Virus genome (UHGV): UHGV-0037395
Direction: 5' to 3' (one strand)
Length of the DNA stretch: 64,000 nucleotides
Source of the DNA: a virus
Every line of letters begins with the position of its first letter. Position 1 is the first letter of the stretch. The notes beneath the pieces were generated by a model. It did not search any database. It was not told where the DNA came from and was given only the letters and a program-made list of their open reading frames with translations. The position numbers and the translations under genes were made by a program. Below are positions 38,305 to 49,475 of this stretch, piece by piece.

Positions 38305-39262
38305 ATTTCGCAGCTCTAGCCAAGATTCTATCAATGTCGCCTTGAGATAGCTTCTCGACTTCACGGAAGTAAAGTTCAAGTTCACCTAACATATCAAGAT
38401 CAACAAGATTTAACTTAGCATCTTTAGTAACTCGATGGTTAATCTTCTTATCTAATAAATCAGAGTCTTTGATAGACTTTAATTGAACAACGTCACCAGT
38501 AACTTCATAGACTACACGATCATAATCACTAGGTTCCATCTCTTCACCAGCCCCGATTGTTTTACGAATCAGTTGTGGTAAATCACCAAGTTCAATCCAT
38601 TCTACTTTTAATGTGTCGGTATCAACGATAAAACAACCATTTGTACCTTTTGTGCGTTCTCTATGGAACGATGTAGTTAATGGAGACCCTGGGTAGAGAA
38701 GTCTAGTAGATCCGATAGTCTGGCTATTAGTATAAGAATGTAAATCGCCAGCAATTACAGTATCATAACAGTTGTACTTAGTTAGATCAATTTCTGGTTT
38801 TACATGTGGAGGGATTTCACCACGAACATGCGTGAAACATAGTTTTGATTCAGATGGTTTCCACTTAGATTTATGGATTTCATCATATGGAACAATATCA
38901 AATTCAGGGGAACGATATGGTTTGGTAATTACTTCCCACTTCCCACTAGTTACTTTATTAATAACTCCTGCATAGTGATATAGACATGAAATGGTTTTAG
39001 TTAGCATTTCATGATTTCCAGTAAAGATTTTGCCTGGATGGTCAAGTCTTGACATGAACTGTTCAAGCAGTTCTATTTCTTCTGACGACGGGTCGGCAAC
39101 ATCAAGTATATCACCACCAGCAATATGAAGATCACAGTTATGATTATGGAATATATCATTTAACCGTTCTCCTAGCATCAGGAAGCGACGCTTCTGCCAT
39201 TCTTTGGGTATCTTATCTTGGCCCAGCTTAATATGATGATCAGCACTAAATAGTATTTTCAC
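38285..39262 (-). CDS. D12: SbcD/Mre11-like nuclease (D12-like), 325 aa
   Basis: Metallophosphatase motifs (DHH, GNHE). Confidence 0.8.
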   Translation of the reverse strand: MKILFSADHHIKLGQDKIPKEWQKRRFLMLGERLNDIFHNHNCDLHIAGGDILDVADPSSEEIELLEQFMSRLDHPGKIFTGNHEMLTKTISCLYHYAGVINKVTSGKWEVITKPYRSPEFDIVPYDEIHKSKWKPSESKLCFTHVRGEIPPHVKPEIDLTKYNCYDTVIAGDLHSYTNSQTIGSTRLLYPGSPLTTSFHRERTKGTNGCFIVDTDTLKVEWIELGDLPQLIRKTIGAGEEMEPSDYDRVVYEVTGDVVQLKSIKDSDLLDKKINHRVTKDAKLNLVDLDMLGELELYFREVEKLSQGDIDRILARAAKYVKDYN

Positions 39263-39722
39263 TTAATAGACTATCATATACTGCATTTGCTACAGTCTCT
39301 GCTTCATGTATGGAATCTGTATATCCATAATGCTTACCTTTAATTTGAACAAAATATCTACCAGTTGAATGTTTTAAGAAAACACCTTTTGGTAATTCTT
39401 TATTACTATTCTTGTTTCTATTCAACTGATTGCGTGACTTAGAAGAGTCTAGTAAATTATCTATGGCATTATTTAATGGATTCCTATCCTTATGGTCAAT
39501 TTCTTCTGGAATATACCCATACACATATAAGAAAGCTAGCTGATGTGCTTTATACCTTTTACCATCAATTCGGATTTCCAATCTGATATAGTTATCAGAT
39601 ACCCATACTTCCGTCCCTGCTATGGAGCCTTTTGATACTCTTCCCCTTGAGACTTTCCATCTAAATATACCCGTTAGAGGATCATAGTCCAATAGCTCTT
39701 TAAGTCTATCTTGTGTAATCAT
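39246..39722 (-). CDS. HNH-AP2 homing endonuclease (158 aa)
   Basis: Motif HQLAFLYVYGYIPEEIDHKDRNPLNNAIDNL. Confidence 0.6.
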   Translation of the reverse strand: MITQDRLKELLDYDPLTGIFRWKVSRGRVSKGSIAGTEVWVSDNYIRLEIRIDGKRYKAHQLAFLYVYGYIPEEIDHKDRNPLNNAIDNLLDSSKSRNQLNRNKNSNKELPKGVFLKHSTGRYFVQIKGKHYGYTDSIHEAETVANAVYDSLLSENTI

Positions 39723-39759
39723 AAAGATATAAGAAAAGGGGCCGAAGCCCCTCTATTTA

Positions 39760-40533
39760 TTAGTCGTCCAGATCGCTTGCAGCTTCTGAGTCAATACCTT
39801 TCTGGGAGCCTGCATTGCTATTACCAGATTTGGCATCATCATCTTTATTCTCGCGACCCTCCATGAAGGCTAGAATTGCTTCTTTCTGCTCTTCATAGGT
39901 AGGAACCGGATAGGTTTGTTCCAGAGAAGGAACTTTTTCGAACTTAATGATGTCGCCATCTTCATCACACATAGCTTCACCGATCAGATCTACATCCGCA
40001 GCATATTGCTTAGATTCCGCACTGTTAGGATCTTGCAGCTTAATCTGGAACTGCATAGCAGCAATCTGCTGTACATCATACTCAGTATCGAAACCTTTAC
40101 CTTTTTTCTCGATAGAAATATCAATATCAAACGGAGTTGCCAGGCTCAGCTGCTTCATGATAGACTGGATGCCCTTCAGAATAGTAGCCTTGACTTCCAT
40201 TACTTTCAGTTTGTTATCAGAACGGTCGATAACAAAAGCGATATAGTTTTTCTTCGGTTTCAGGGGAACACGATTACCATCTTTATCCAGCTCTTTCTCA
40301 AAGAAGCCCATCTCATGAACCGGGTCAGCTTTACCACGAACAAAGCTCTCTTTGTCACGGTTAAAACGGAGACATTCGAAAGGAGCTACGCTACCCTCTT
40401 TATTAGTCAGCCAATAGACATAACGTGGAAGAACACCAGAAACGATACGAACACGAGTGATACCGTTGTTGAACTTCAGGAATTCGATTTTATCGTTAGA
40501 ACCGCCAGTAGTTTCGCCCCAAGACTTAGCCAT
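39760..40533 (-). CDS. D11-like early protein (257 aa)
   Basis: Synteny upstream of the D10 helicase. Confidence 0.4.
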   Translation of the reverse strand: MAKSWGETTGGSNDKIEFLKFNNGITRVRIVSGVLPRYVYWLTNKEGSVAPFECLRFNRDKESFVRGKADPVHEMGFFEKELDKDGNRVPLKPKKNYIAFVIDRSDNKLKVMEVKATILKGIQSIMKQLSLATPFDIDISIEKKGKGFDTEYDVQQIAAMQFQIKLQDPNSAESKQYAADVDLIGEAMCDEDGDIIKFEKVPSLEQTYPVPTYEEQKEAILAFMEGRENKDDDAKSGNSNAGSQKGIDSEAASDLDD

Positions 40534-40810
40534 ATTTTATTTCCTCTTTAAAGATTAATTTCGATTTGTTAATTGCGATTAGTGGGTTAGTGTCGATTAC
40601 TAAACGTGGTATCCATACTGGAACATATTGTATGTCCAAACTAGGATCGTTTGTAAACTTGTATTCGGCATAATTTCGTAGACTTAAAATTCCTAGATAT
40701 TCTGCCAGTTGTCTATTAGACAATTTATTTGGATTATCAACAATAGTTGATTCATTCAAAATGAATGAGGAACCGACCAATAATTGGTGAGCATCAGGCT
40801 CTGTAAGCAT
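40526..40810 (-). CDS. Hypothetical protein (94 aa)
   Basis: ORF downstream of two tandem early promoters. Confidence 0.3.
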   Translation of the reverse strand: MLTEPDAHQLLVGSSFILNESTIVDNPNKLSNRQLAEYLGILSLRNYAEYKFTNDPSLDIQYVPVWIPRLVIDTNPLIAINKSKLIFKEEIKYG

Positions 40811-40889
40811 TCTTTTGAATAGCTTAATAATTAGGTCGGAATTTCCTCTAGCTAGTAAGTATAGCTTTTCATAATCGAAGAATTTAATT

Positions 40890-41062
40890 TTTGTTTTCTC
40901 CTCGAATTTATGTATATATTATACTAGATTTCGAGAGAATTTAGCAACTAAAATTTTTATTTTTCTGCTTCGGACTTTCTTATCAATCCGAAACTTTCTC
41001 TCTCAAATTTATGTATATATTATACATCATTTATGAGCTGTTGCCAAATGCAATTTTAGCTA
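40890..41062 (-). promoter_or_regulatory. Two tandem T5-type early promoters (..TATAATatatacataaatt(c/t)gag..) within and after the 3' end of D10
   Basis: The repeated block aatttatgtatatattatac occurs twice on the + strand. Confidence 0.55.
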
Positions 41063-42383
41063 ATTGAACTGCTTTCTCAGGAGTCATGGTAATAGTTTTC
41101 CACCCGTTGTTACGATATACTGCCATACGTCCAGAAGCCTGTCTTAGTCCAGTGCCACCTTTCATAATTAGATCTACAACAATAGGGTCGAGTTTACCAT
41201 CGACAATACGTTGAACACGTCCTGCAAGCTGTTCAATGAGAGATTCATTATTAATGAGACTTCCCATTATTAAACAAGACAACTCATTAAGGGAAATACC
41301 TTCAGAGAAAATACTTTGAGCTGCTGCAAGTACACAAGGGCCACCTTTTGCTATATCTTCCTGAATTTTTAATCGGTCATCCAAGTGGGTTGCCCCTATA
41401 ATTTCATATGTTGTAACACCACGCTGTGCGAGAGCTTCTAGTATTGTTTGGATCAACTCTGTTCTGTCACTTACAATGAGTACTTTATGCCCCATATTCA
41501 CGTATAAATGTGCTAGATTTATAATAGTCTCCCGATATTCAGGATGATTATACACATCATTAGCACGTAATGCCCACGGTACGTTTTGGTTTCCTGATAG
41601 CTCAACAGGCACGGAGTACCTATGGATTGTAGGTGCAATAGTATTATTAACCGGTGGGCTAAAGATCTTATATCCAAAGAAATCTTTGAACATGACTTGT
41701 AGACCATCTTTCCGTTTTAATGTTCCAGATAGTCCAATCTTATAGCGAGCACATGATATTTCTAGGAAGTTAGTGAAAGTTGTAGCCACACAATGGTGAA
41801 CTTCATCAACTATAACAGTACCGAATACTTTAGAAAGATTATTCGCATGTTTATTCACTGTTTGAATATTACTGACCACAATTGGTGGATCAATATTGTA
41901 TTTCCCAGAACCTATGATACCCGGTTCAAACCCAAACCATTTACGAACTTCTGCCGCCCACATTTCACGAATAGATGTGTTGGTACAAATTACCAAAGTT
42001 TTCTGGCCAAATTTATACGCAAGTGCAAGGGCTAGGATAGTTTTACCAAATCCAGGCTTACCATTAATAATACAGGTATCATCACATTCTTCGTATATTG
42101 GAAGCTGATCTTCTTCACGCAGCTTGAACTTAGGTTTTGGTATATCTACCGGAGCTAATGTGCGTTTATCGACTAATTCGTATTTTACTCCTTTAGCATC
42201 TAATAAATCCAGACGCGTAATAGGAATCCACTTAATCTCTTTAGCAACAACACCACTATTCTTATACATAATAGGGTATTTACTAGTCATTGTCTCAATG
42301 TGATAAGTGGTTTGCTTACTACAATAATCCCAAAGTTCATCATCGGGCTTGAAATAGGCTTTATTAGATATAACAACCTTCAT
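41031..42383 (-). CDS. D10: SF2 DNA helicase (T5 D10-like branch-migration helicase), 450 aa
   Basis: Walker A GKPGFGKT, DEVHH box; same length as T5 D10. Confidence 0.8.
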   Translation of the reverse strand: MKVVISNKAYFKPDDELWDYCSKQTTYHIETMTSKYPIMYKNSGVVAKEIKWIPITRLDLLDAKGVKYELVDKRTLAPVDIPKPKFKLREEDQLPIYEECDDTCIINGKPGFGKTILALALAYKFGQKTLVICTNTSIREMWAAEVRKWFGFEPGIIGSGKYNIDPPIVVSNIQTVNKHANNLSKVFGTVIVDEVHHCVATTFTNFLEISCARYKIGLSGTLKRKDGLQVMFKDFFGYKIFSPPVNNTIAPTIHRYSVPVELSGNQNVPWALRANDVYNHPEYRETIINLAHLYVNMGHKVLIVSDRTELIQTILEALAQRGVTTYEIIGATHLDDRLKIQEDIAKGGPCVLAAAQSIFSEGISLNELSCLIMGSLINNESLIEQLAGRVQRIVDGKLDPIVVDLIMKGGTGLRQASGRMAVYRNNGWKTITMTPEKAVQLAKIAFGNSS

Positions 42384-42877
42384 AATTTTATTCTAAGTCT
42401 AGGAATTTCAGGCTCCTCTTGATGGACTTGATAAATAACAGGGCTATTATTTACCAGAATATAGCTTATATAAGCTGGAACATAGGATAATACAAATGGA
42501 TATGGAACTTTAGCTACATAGCATTGGTATTTTCCGTTATAAATTCTAGCTGAATGCAAAACTTTAGAGGTTACAACATCATAGAACGTAGTTTTCTTCC
42601 AGTTAATAAGATTTCCATCAGAATCTATAAATTGGCTACGCTTTGACCCAACTAATTGGGACAACATTGATATTCTACCTCTAATAGGGTAGAGCTTATA
42701 TGGTAATTCTTTCCGTTTCTCAAATAGAATAAGCCTACGTTGAGAAAAAGTGCCGGGCAACTTCCTGTTATCTAGCACATATTTATTATATCTTGTTGTA
42801 ATTACGGAATAATCACCTTCTTGCTCAATTGATACAAAAGCCCGTAAAGCATATACGGGCAATTTGAAATCAAGCAC
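42380..42877 (-). CDS. Hypothetical protein (165 aa)
   Basis: ORF track; synteny. Confidence 0.35.
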   Translation of the reverse strand: MLDFKLPVYALRAFVSIEQEGDYSVITTRYNKYVLDNRKLPGTFSQRRLILFEKRKELPYKLYPIRGRISMLSQLVGSKRSQFIDSDGNLINWKKTTFYDVVTSKVLHSARIYNGKYQCYVAKVPYPFVLSYVPAYISYILVNNSPVIYQVHQEEPEIPRLRIKL

Positions 42878-45437
42878 CGAGAATCCTTCTCACGTTATCC
42901 AAATCTTTACATACAGCAATAAACTTATCATCCTTGTATTTGCTATGATCTGGATGCTCTTTATCCATTGCAGCTAGTTTCTTATACTCGAACTCTGCAT
43001 CAAGTAATACACCCTTGACATAACGAGTATATTCATCATCATCAATACAGGCGATTGATGGATGCTGCTTCTTCATCTTACCACAAGAGTAGTCACGAGA
43101 ACCTCCAGCCTCAGAATCAGAATCAATACCAATCGGACAGCCAGGAATACTGATACCACGGTCTTTCTGAATATTACGAATCAGGATTTCATTGTATTGG
43201 TCGATTAAATCCTCACGAACAATAGCAACTACGGAGTCATGAACCAGCATAACAATCTTCATCTCTTGTTCTAAGCCAAGAGAAATGATCTCATTATCTG
43301 CATCTACAGCACCTAAAAGGAGACTATCAGAAGAAGCAGACTGAATGATTGCGTTAAATCCAGAACGAATTTCTTCACCCTGAACACCACGGTCTTCGGA
43401 ATGAATATTATGCAGACGACGTTTACGACCAAAGTGACTATAGATAAATCCATGATTCTTGATCTGATCGTGGCACTTATCAATCCAACGCTTAAGCTGC
43501 GGGAACTGACCGAAGTACGTTTCAATGTACTCTTTAGCATCTGCAACAGTACACTCTACAAACGGTTCACCTGTCTTAGCAGCCTGTTCCAGAAGAGCTT
43601 CGTTAACAGAATGAGCTACTTTAGCTGGGCCAGAACCATACAGAATACCAAAGGTAATTGCTTTAGCTGCTTGACGCAGAGCTGGGAATAACTTTTTAAC
43701 ATCACGAGGTTCGCATTGGAGTTTAAATACCATGTGCGCGATGTTAGAGTGGAAGTCCGGGTACTTATCAGGTTCATTTCTCATGTTGATAAATACCTGT
43801 TGCATATTTCTATCACCAGATAGAACAGCAGCATAATAAACTTCCGCAGTTGTTAAGTCCCACGCGATTACACGATACCCCGGAGGAGCTACTACACAAC
43901 CCTTGATAATAGATTCATCACGAGGTAACTGCTGCAGGTTCAGTTTACCAGAAGAACTCAGACGACCAGAAGTAGTCATGTGTTCGTGGAAACCAGTACG
44001 AATGCAACCATCAGCATCAATGCTCAGAAGAATCTTCTCAACGTAAGTAGAGATCAGCTTAGTCAGCTTACGAATCTCTAGCAGAGTTTTAGCAATTGGA
44101 TGCTGCGTAGCCAGTTCGTTCAGAGCTTCTGCATCCGTAGAATCTGCTCCAGTATCTGTCAATTTACCTGTTGGAGTTAAGCCAACATAATCAAACAGAA
44201 GAACACGGAGTTGTTTAACAGAGTTTGGGTTAAACGCTTCGTTCTGATCTTTCTCTAGCTGAACGACTTCTGGATAAGTATACAGTTTTTCACGAGCTTT
44301 ATTCAGATTATGGGTTAACTGGTACTGAGCTTCTTTTAAACGATCAATAGAAATAGGTACACCACGATCCTCAACACGCTGGAGAAATACACAACCAGGC
44401 ATTAGGACATCATAATACAGACTACAAAGTTTTTCATTCTTCTCAATTTTTGGTAAGAAGAAGTTGTGCAAACGTAGGGTGGCATCAGTATCTTTCGCAG
44501 CGTAAGGCCACATAATATCAAACGGAATTAAATCATAGGTGAAATCTTCTTTCTTGATTTTATGTGCTTTGCAGTAATCCTCCTTGAACTTATCTAGTTC
44601 AAAGTCATAGTCACCCATATCGGTATACTTCATTGCTAGAGATTTCAAGCCATGAGTACCACGACGTTCATCTAGAACATAATGCTGCAACATAGTATCA
44701 TGGAGCCTGCGTTCTTTATGCGCTTTATCAAAAGTAAGTCCCAGATGGTACTTATAAAAGTGCATATCAAACTTCAGGTTGTGAAAAACAATAGTGTGGT
44801 TTTCACTATCCAGAATTTTCTGGAGATAATATACTGCAACCTCTGTGAGACAATCAGAATCGATATATACACCCTGATACTCTTGGTGAGACATAGAAAC
44901 ACCAAGCAGATAACCATCTCGACAGTATAGTGCTGAGGTTTCGGAGTCGAATGCGACAGGTCCGATAACCATATTATACACCATCTTGATATACTCTTCT
45001 GCCTCATCAGGGTCAGTAATAGGACGGTAATCACCAGCTTTTGCAATCTTCTCACGACCATTGATAATATCGTGGATATTCTCTACTGTTGCATCGAAAA
45101 CTGGTTTCATTTCAGGTTTAAAGTGTAACTGGGCTGGGCTAATACTCGCAATCCAGTTAGCATATCCATTATACTCTACACGTTTACCGGTATAATCACC
45201 AATACCTTTCTTACCTGCAAAGTACAGGAAAGGTTCGGCACCTACCAGTATAACAAAATCATAATCATTCGGATCAAATGGGTTTTCTGGTGTTCCAATA
45301 GTAATGTGCTTTTTAAGCAAACGACCAGATAACTTCTCGTTACACATATGAAATACATCAACTTCCTCACCATATAGCTGGAAGTGTTTATCATAACGAG
45401 TGTTATTTAGAGCTTTATCAACTACTGCGATTTTCAA
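42870..45437 (-). CDS. DNA polymerase, family A with 3'-5' exonuclease (855 aa)
   Basis: Same length as T5 Pol; exonuclease and polymerase motifs (KFDMHF, FDSETS-type, Pol A motif region). Confidence 0.9.
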   Translation of the reverse strand: MKIAVVDKALNNTRYDKHFQLYGEEVDVFHMCNEKLSGRLLKKHITIGTPENPFDPNDYDFVILVGAEPFLYFAGKKGIGDYTGKRVEYNGYANWIASISPAQLHFKPEMKPVFDATVENIHDIINGREKIAKAGDYRPITDPDEAEEYIKMVYNMVIGPVAFDSETSALYCRDGYLLGVSMSHQEYQGVYIDSDCLTEVAVYYLQKILDSENHTIVFHNLKFDMHFYKYHLGLTFDKAHKERRLHDTMLQHYVLDERRGTHGLKSLAMKYTDMGDYDFELDKFKEDYCKAHKIKKEDFTYDLIPFDIMWPYAAKDTDATLRLHNFFLPKIEKNEKLCSLYYDVLMPGCVFLQRVEDRGVPISIDRLKEAQYQLTHNLNKAREKLYTYPEVVQLEKDQNEAFNPNSVKQLRVLLFDYVGLTPTGKLTDTGADSTDAEALNELATQHPIAKTLLEIRKLTKLISTYVEKILLSIDADGCIRTGFHEHMTTSGRLSSSGKLNLQQLPRDESIIKGCVVAPPGYRVIAWDLTTAEVYYAAVLSGDRNMQQVFINMRNEPDKYPDFHSNIAHMVFKLQCEPRDVKKLFPALRQAAKAITFGILYGSGPAKVAHSVNEALLEQAAKTGEPFVECTVADAKEYIETYFGQFPQLKRWIDKCHDQIKNHGFIYSHFGRKRRLHNIHSEDRGVQGEEIRSGFNAIIQSASSDSLLLGAVDADNEIISLGLEQEMKIVMLVHDSVVAIVREDLIDQYNEILIRNIQKDRGISIPGCPIGIDSDSEAGGSRDYSCGKMKKQHPSIACIDDDEYTRYVKGVLLDAEFEYKKLAAMDKEHPDHSKYKDDKFIAVCKDLDNVRRILGA

Positions 45438-45499
45438 ATTTAATCTCCTCTTGGTAAGTAAGTATAACTTCAGTGTTTCTTCTCTAACTTACCAATATA

Positions 45500-46390
45500 T
45501 TATACCAAATCTTTAAGCGATTCAGCAACTAAAATTTCAATACGTTTTGCTAACATATCAATTTCATCTTTGTTTAAATCACCCGGATCTTTGCCCTCGG
45601 GCAGAAGAAAGTTAGCAACTACAGGTGTTAAACGCGTTTTTGTACGAATTAACTTGGCCAATGCTTGTGCAGCTTTATTACCAGAAGCATCATTATCTAG
45701 TAAGATAACAACAACTTTAACACCAGCAATAATATAAGGGCTGAACTTATCTGCAATATTATCCGAAGTAAACTGATGTGTACCAAAGCAGCAAGAAGCA
45801 TAGTCTATACCATTATCCTCTAGGTTCAGCATATCAAAGATACCTTCAACTAGAATAAGAACTGGAGTATTATATCGTACAGGGAAAATCGGTGGTGAAA
45901 CTTGTTTTGGTTTTACTAAGTATTTAGGAGGGGCAGAACTGTTTATAGAACGACCCAAAAATAGGATATTGCGTCCAACAGCATCTGTGATTGGGAATAC
46001 AATTCTGCCTTCCCAGTCTGCTTGGTGTTGGAAAGCAAAATATTTCTTCAAGGTCTTAGAACTTATACCTCGGAAATCACCTTCGAAAAGGTAAGCAGAT
46101 TCAGGAATTGCAAGATTCGTAGATCCATTCCTAATCTCTGAAATCTTTTTACGTACCTGTGATAGTCTTGGGGACTGTCTGTACTGAGTCTCATTAAAAT
46201 AATGGTAAATGCTCGGTATACCTTTACCGAAGCCACAACTCAAGCAGTGCATAATACCTGTTTCAGGATCAATACGCAAACTTGGGTGTTTATCGTCATG
46301 ATCTGGATTGAGACAACAGATGAGGATGTCCCCACCTGTGTCTTTATATTCAATGCCTTTCAGATCAAGTAGTTCTGTTATTCTACTCAT
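45500..46390 (-). CDS. DnaG-like primase (zinc finger plus TOPRIM), 296 aa
   Basis: The CxxC..C..C zinc-binding region and the EGIFD TOPRIM motif. Confidence 0.75.
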   Translation of the reverse strand: MSRITELLDLKGIEYKDTGGDILICCLNPDHDDKHPSLRIDPETGIMHCLSCGFGKGIPSIYHYFNETQYRQSPRLSQVRKKISEIRNGSTNLAIPESAYLFEGDFRGISSKTLKKYFAFQHQADWEGRIVFPITDAVGRNILFLGRSINSSAPPKYLVKPKQVSPPIFPVRYNTPVLILVEGIFDMLNLEDNGIDYASCCFGTHQFTSDNIADKFSPYIIAGVKVVVILLDNDASGNKAAQALAKLIRTKTRLTPVVANFLLPEGKDPGDLNKDEIDMLAKRIEILVAESLKDLV

Positions 46391-47859
46391 ATATCGCTGG
46401 CCTGTTCACCTGTTGAATTTTCAGCTTTGTCTTTCTTAGCACGTTTAGGTTGAGCCGGCTTATCCTTCTCAATAGGGATAACGAACTCAGCTTCCATTTG
46501 AGATATATCTTCCATTGCTAGATTGGTAGTATTATCCATTCGCAGAGTTTCCCAGTTCATTTTAGGCATAAACTTCACACTATCAGAAGAACGAGTCTTA
46601 ACGAAGTCAAACATAATAGCACCTTGACCATTATCAGCTTTTGCAGCGTTAAGATTAGCAGCCATGTCTGCGGAATCAAGAATCCCCTTTGACATACGTG
46701 TTCTACCATCTTGATCGATCTGGTAAGGAGCTACGCCAGCCACGTTATGTTTCTGGCAGATGGATTTGAAAGACGAGCTAACAACCATCTGTTCTTTCCA
46801 GTCATACATATCAATGGTTTTAGAGTCTGGAAGTCGGGTTTGGTTAATATAGTCCAGTAAAGCTACTGTAACTTTATCACCATATCTAGCAACTAATTTA
46901 TTTAATTCTACGTCAACTGTTGTAATGGACAGTTCAGGGTCATAAACGATAATCATAGGAGTATGTAGTTCATACCCTTCTATTAGCTTACTCTCCATAT
47001 CGTAGAAATCACTCATCTTAGCCATTGTATACTGTTTAACGAAGTTATCGAAAAGCTCTTCACCACCGTTGAACATTCTAGCTCTAGTTCTGGCTAATCT
47101 CAATAGAGCTGCACCTTCTAGAGTATTATTACGCATTGCTAGTGCTGATACCCCGGCTAACATGGCTAGATTACGTCTAAATACTTCATGTTCTTTCATC
47201 TCAATTGAGAAGTATGGAGCAATATCTCCATTCAAATATTGCTGAACCTGTATGTTTGAACAGATAATGGATTTACCAGTACCACGCCAACCACCAAGCA
47301 GTAACGTTTCTGTGCGAGCTAAACCAATTTGAGCGTCGAACTCATTACAAATACCAAGAGCGATTAAGTTCAGTTTGGTATCTTCTTCTCTCTGGAAAAT
47401 ACGCATGTTATCTGCGTTGAATACTTTTCCAGTATTCGTTACTTTCTCTTCTAATTTTAAGTGAAGGGAGGCAACTCGGTTGAGAATTTCTCCCTGATCC
47501 AGCATTGTTAAATCTTGAAGCACGTCTGTTTCTAGAAGCTTCAGGAATAAATCCTGTGTATATTCAGCCTCTAGGACTTCAAGTGCCTGTTCCATGCTCA
47601 CTTCTGGAATTTGAGTGTTAGCTAAGACGACTAGAGCTTGAGAAAGGCGGGCGTTCCTATTAGCTTCAAGCATAAGTGCGTCAATGGACGGCATTGTGTT
47701 ATATTTTTTATAATAATTCTGGACGGCTTGGTAAATTGAGGAGAAAGCGTCATTAAAATGATCTTTATGCAGTTTTGAGAATGTTTCCAATGCTATTTGC
47801 TTCTGTTCGGAAGCTAGAAGCATCTTCAACACTACAGCTTGCACGTTAAACAAGGTCAT
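46387..47859 (-). CDS. DnaB-like replicative helicase; start placed at MTLFNV with an AAAGGAGA SD
   Basis: Walker A GGWRGTGKS and a RecA-like fold; the ORF-track start at 47910 is judged over-extended. Confidence 0.75.
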   Translation of the reverse strand: MTLFNVQAVVLKMLLASEQKQIALETFSKLHKDHFNDAFSSIYQAVQNYYKKYNTMPSIDALMLEANRNARLSQALVVLANTQIPEVSMEQALEVLEAEYTQDLFLKLLETDVLQDLTMLDQGEILNRVASLHLKLEEKVTNTGKVFNADNMRIFQREEDTKLNLIALGICNEFDAQIGLARTETLLLGGWRGTGKSIICSNIQVQQYLNGDIAPYFSIEMKEHEVFRRNLAMLAGVSALAMRNNTLEGAALLRLARTRARMFNGGEELFDNFVKQYTMAKMSDFYDMESKLIEGYELHTPMIIVYDPELSITTVDVELNKLVARYGDKVTVALLDYINQTRLPDSKTIDMYDWKEQMVVSSSFKSICQKHNVAGVAPYQIDQDGRTRMSKGILDSADMAANLNAAKADNGQGAIMFDFVKTRSSDSVKFMPKMNWETLRMDNTTNLAMEDISQMEAEFVIPIEKDKPAQPKRAKKDKAENSTGEQASDI

Positions 47860-47941
47860 TCTCCTTTGCACGCTTTCGTGCCTTCTAAATGCAAAAAGGG
47901 GAAGGAGCATAGCCCCCTCCCCTTAGGTTTAATTTACCAGA

Positions 47942-48709
47942 TTATTCAGCAGCCGCAGCTTTTGCATCCAGTTTAGCACGCTTAGCGGCACCATCATAGT
48001 CCTTAGCAACCAGACCACGACGAGACAGCATAGATTTAACACCGCGCTCAGACTTACCAGTTTTCTCAGCGATCTCGGCAACAGTCATGTTAACCAGATC
48101 CAGACCTTCTAACAGATCTTCACGAGTTTTAGCACTTGAAGTTTCCTGTACCGGCATAGCAGCGATACGACCTTCACGAAGCAAGCTCAGAGCTTTACCA
48201 CGGATCTGCTTGATATTACGACCGAAGTGAGCAGCGATAGCTTCAATAGTAGCACCAGCAACAACCTGATTAACAAAATCAGTTTCTTCATCCGGAGTGA
48301 AGGAACGAACAGCAGCAGCTTTTTCAGTTGGTTTAACAGAAGCGGTCATTTCCAGACTCAGGATCTTACCCTGTACCTGTTTAGCACCGAACTGACCACC
48401 AGCTACAGCAGCAGCGATTTCAGCATAGGTATACTGACCAGCATGAGCGTTCAGGAAATCAACCAGTTCAGCTTCCTGCTCAGGAGTCCACGGGGATTTC
48501 TGTACTTCGTTAGCTTTCTGTACTTCAAAACCTTCTTTACGCAGTTTAGAGCCAACAGAGCGAGCAGTAACATCTTTGCCAGTTTCAGCAGCCAGTTCAG
48601 CAGCAATAGCAGCTACTTGTTCTTGAGAGATTACAGAAACACCCAGAGCGGTGGCTTTTGCTTTCAGAGACTCGGTTACACCTTCTACGTTCCAGTTCAG
48701 TTTAGACAT
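47942..48709 (-). CDS. D5-like DNA-binding protein with three HTH-like repeats (255 aa)
   Basis: Three repeated ~25-aa HTH-like modules; strongly optimised codons. Confidence 0.5.
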   Translation of the reverse strand: MSKLNWNVEGVTESLKAKATALGVSVISQEQVAAIAAELAAETGKDVTARSVGSKLRKEGFEVQKANEVQKSPWTPEQEAELVDFLNAHAGQYTYAEIAAAVAGGQFGAKQVQGKILSLEMTASVKPTEKAAAVRSFTPDEETDFVNQVVAGATIEAIAAHFGRNIKQIRGKALSLLREGRIAAMPVQETSSAKTREDLLEGLDLVNMTVAEIAEKTGKSERGVKSMLSRRGLVAKDYDGAAKRAKLDAKAAAAE

Positions 48710-49475
48710 TATTATTTTTCTCCAATAGTTCTTTAATCGACAGGATTTCTATCCCATTCGTTTCGGCTTTCTTATAAGATGAGGAAGAACGTTTTGATTC
48801 ATCCTCACAGATCAGGTATTTGACGTCTTTGGTAACGGATTTCTTAACCGTATATCCTAGACCTTCTAAATAGTTTGTTGCATCCGTTCTATTTGCAAAA
48901 TCTTGCAAAGATCCGGTAATACATACCGCGATTCCATTTGGCTGGGCAACTAAATCATCAGTAACGACGGTTTTAGTTTTAGCACCAGTTGAGAATTTCC
49001 ATGGTAATTCGATAACATCCTTGCCTTGTGGTGAATTTAGCCAGGCTTTATAATTTTCTCCAGCCTTGCCGTCAGCCTTCACATCGTGGAAGCTAGTGCA
49101 ATTTTGGGATAATTTCTTTGCTGCAACCTCTCCAATTAGAGGGATTCCTAAAGAACCGAGAACTGAACCAAAGTCAATGTCTCCGCGAACTTTAGTATTT
49201 AATTCGCTAATTAACTTAGCGGCAACCTTGCTACCCACGGCTCTAACCAAATCTTCTTCGGTTAGGTAAAATAGTTCTGAAATCTTCGTCAGCTCCAGCT
49301 TCTCAATAGTTTTCGGGCCAAAGCCCTTTAACTTCATTTTTGTACAGAAGTTCTCAATTAACTTACTTGATTGCGCTGGACAGTTGGACTTATTACGACA
49401 GAATAATTGTCCATTGACAAGATCTAGCTTAGAACCACAAGAGGGACATTGTGTTGGAATTTCGATTTTCATCAA
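48702..49475 (-). CDS. ligB: NAD-dependent DNA ligase subunit B (Zn finger, HhH, BRCT), 257 aa
   Basis: CPSCGS..C zinc finger and a C-terminal BRCT-like region; has its own SD and promoter. Confidence 0.8.
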   Translation of the reverse strand: MMKIEIPTQCPSCGSKLDLVNGQLFCRNKSNCPAQSSKLIENFCTKMKLKGFGPKTIEKLELTKISELFYLTEEDLVRAVGSKVAAKLISELNTKVRGDIDFGSVLGSLGIPLIGEVAAKKLSQNCTSFHDVKADGKAGENYKAWLNSPQGKDVIELPWKFSTGAKTKTVVTDDLVAQPNGIAVCITGSLQDFANRTDATNYLEGLGYTVKKSVTKDVKYLICEDESKRSSSSYKKAETNGIEILSIKELLEKNNNV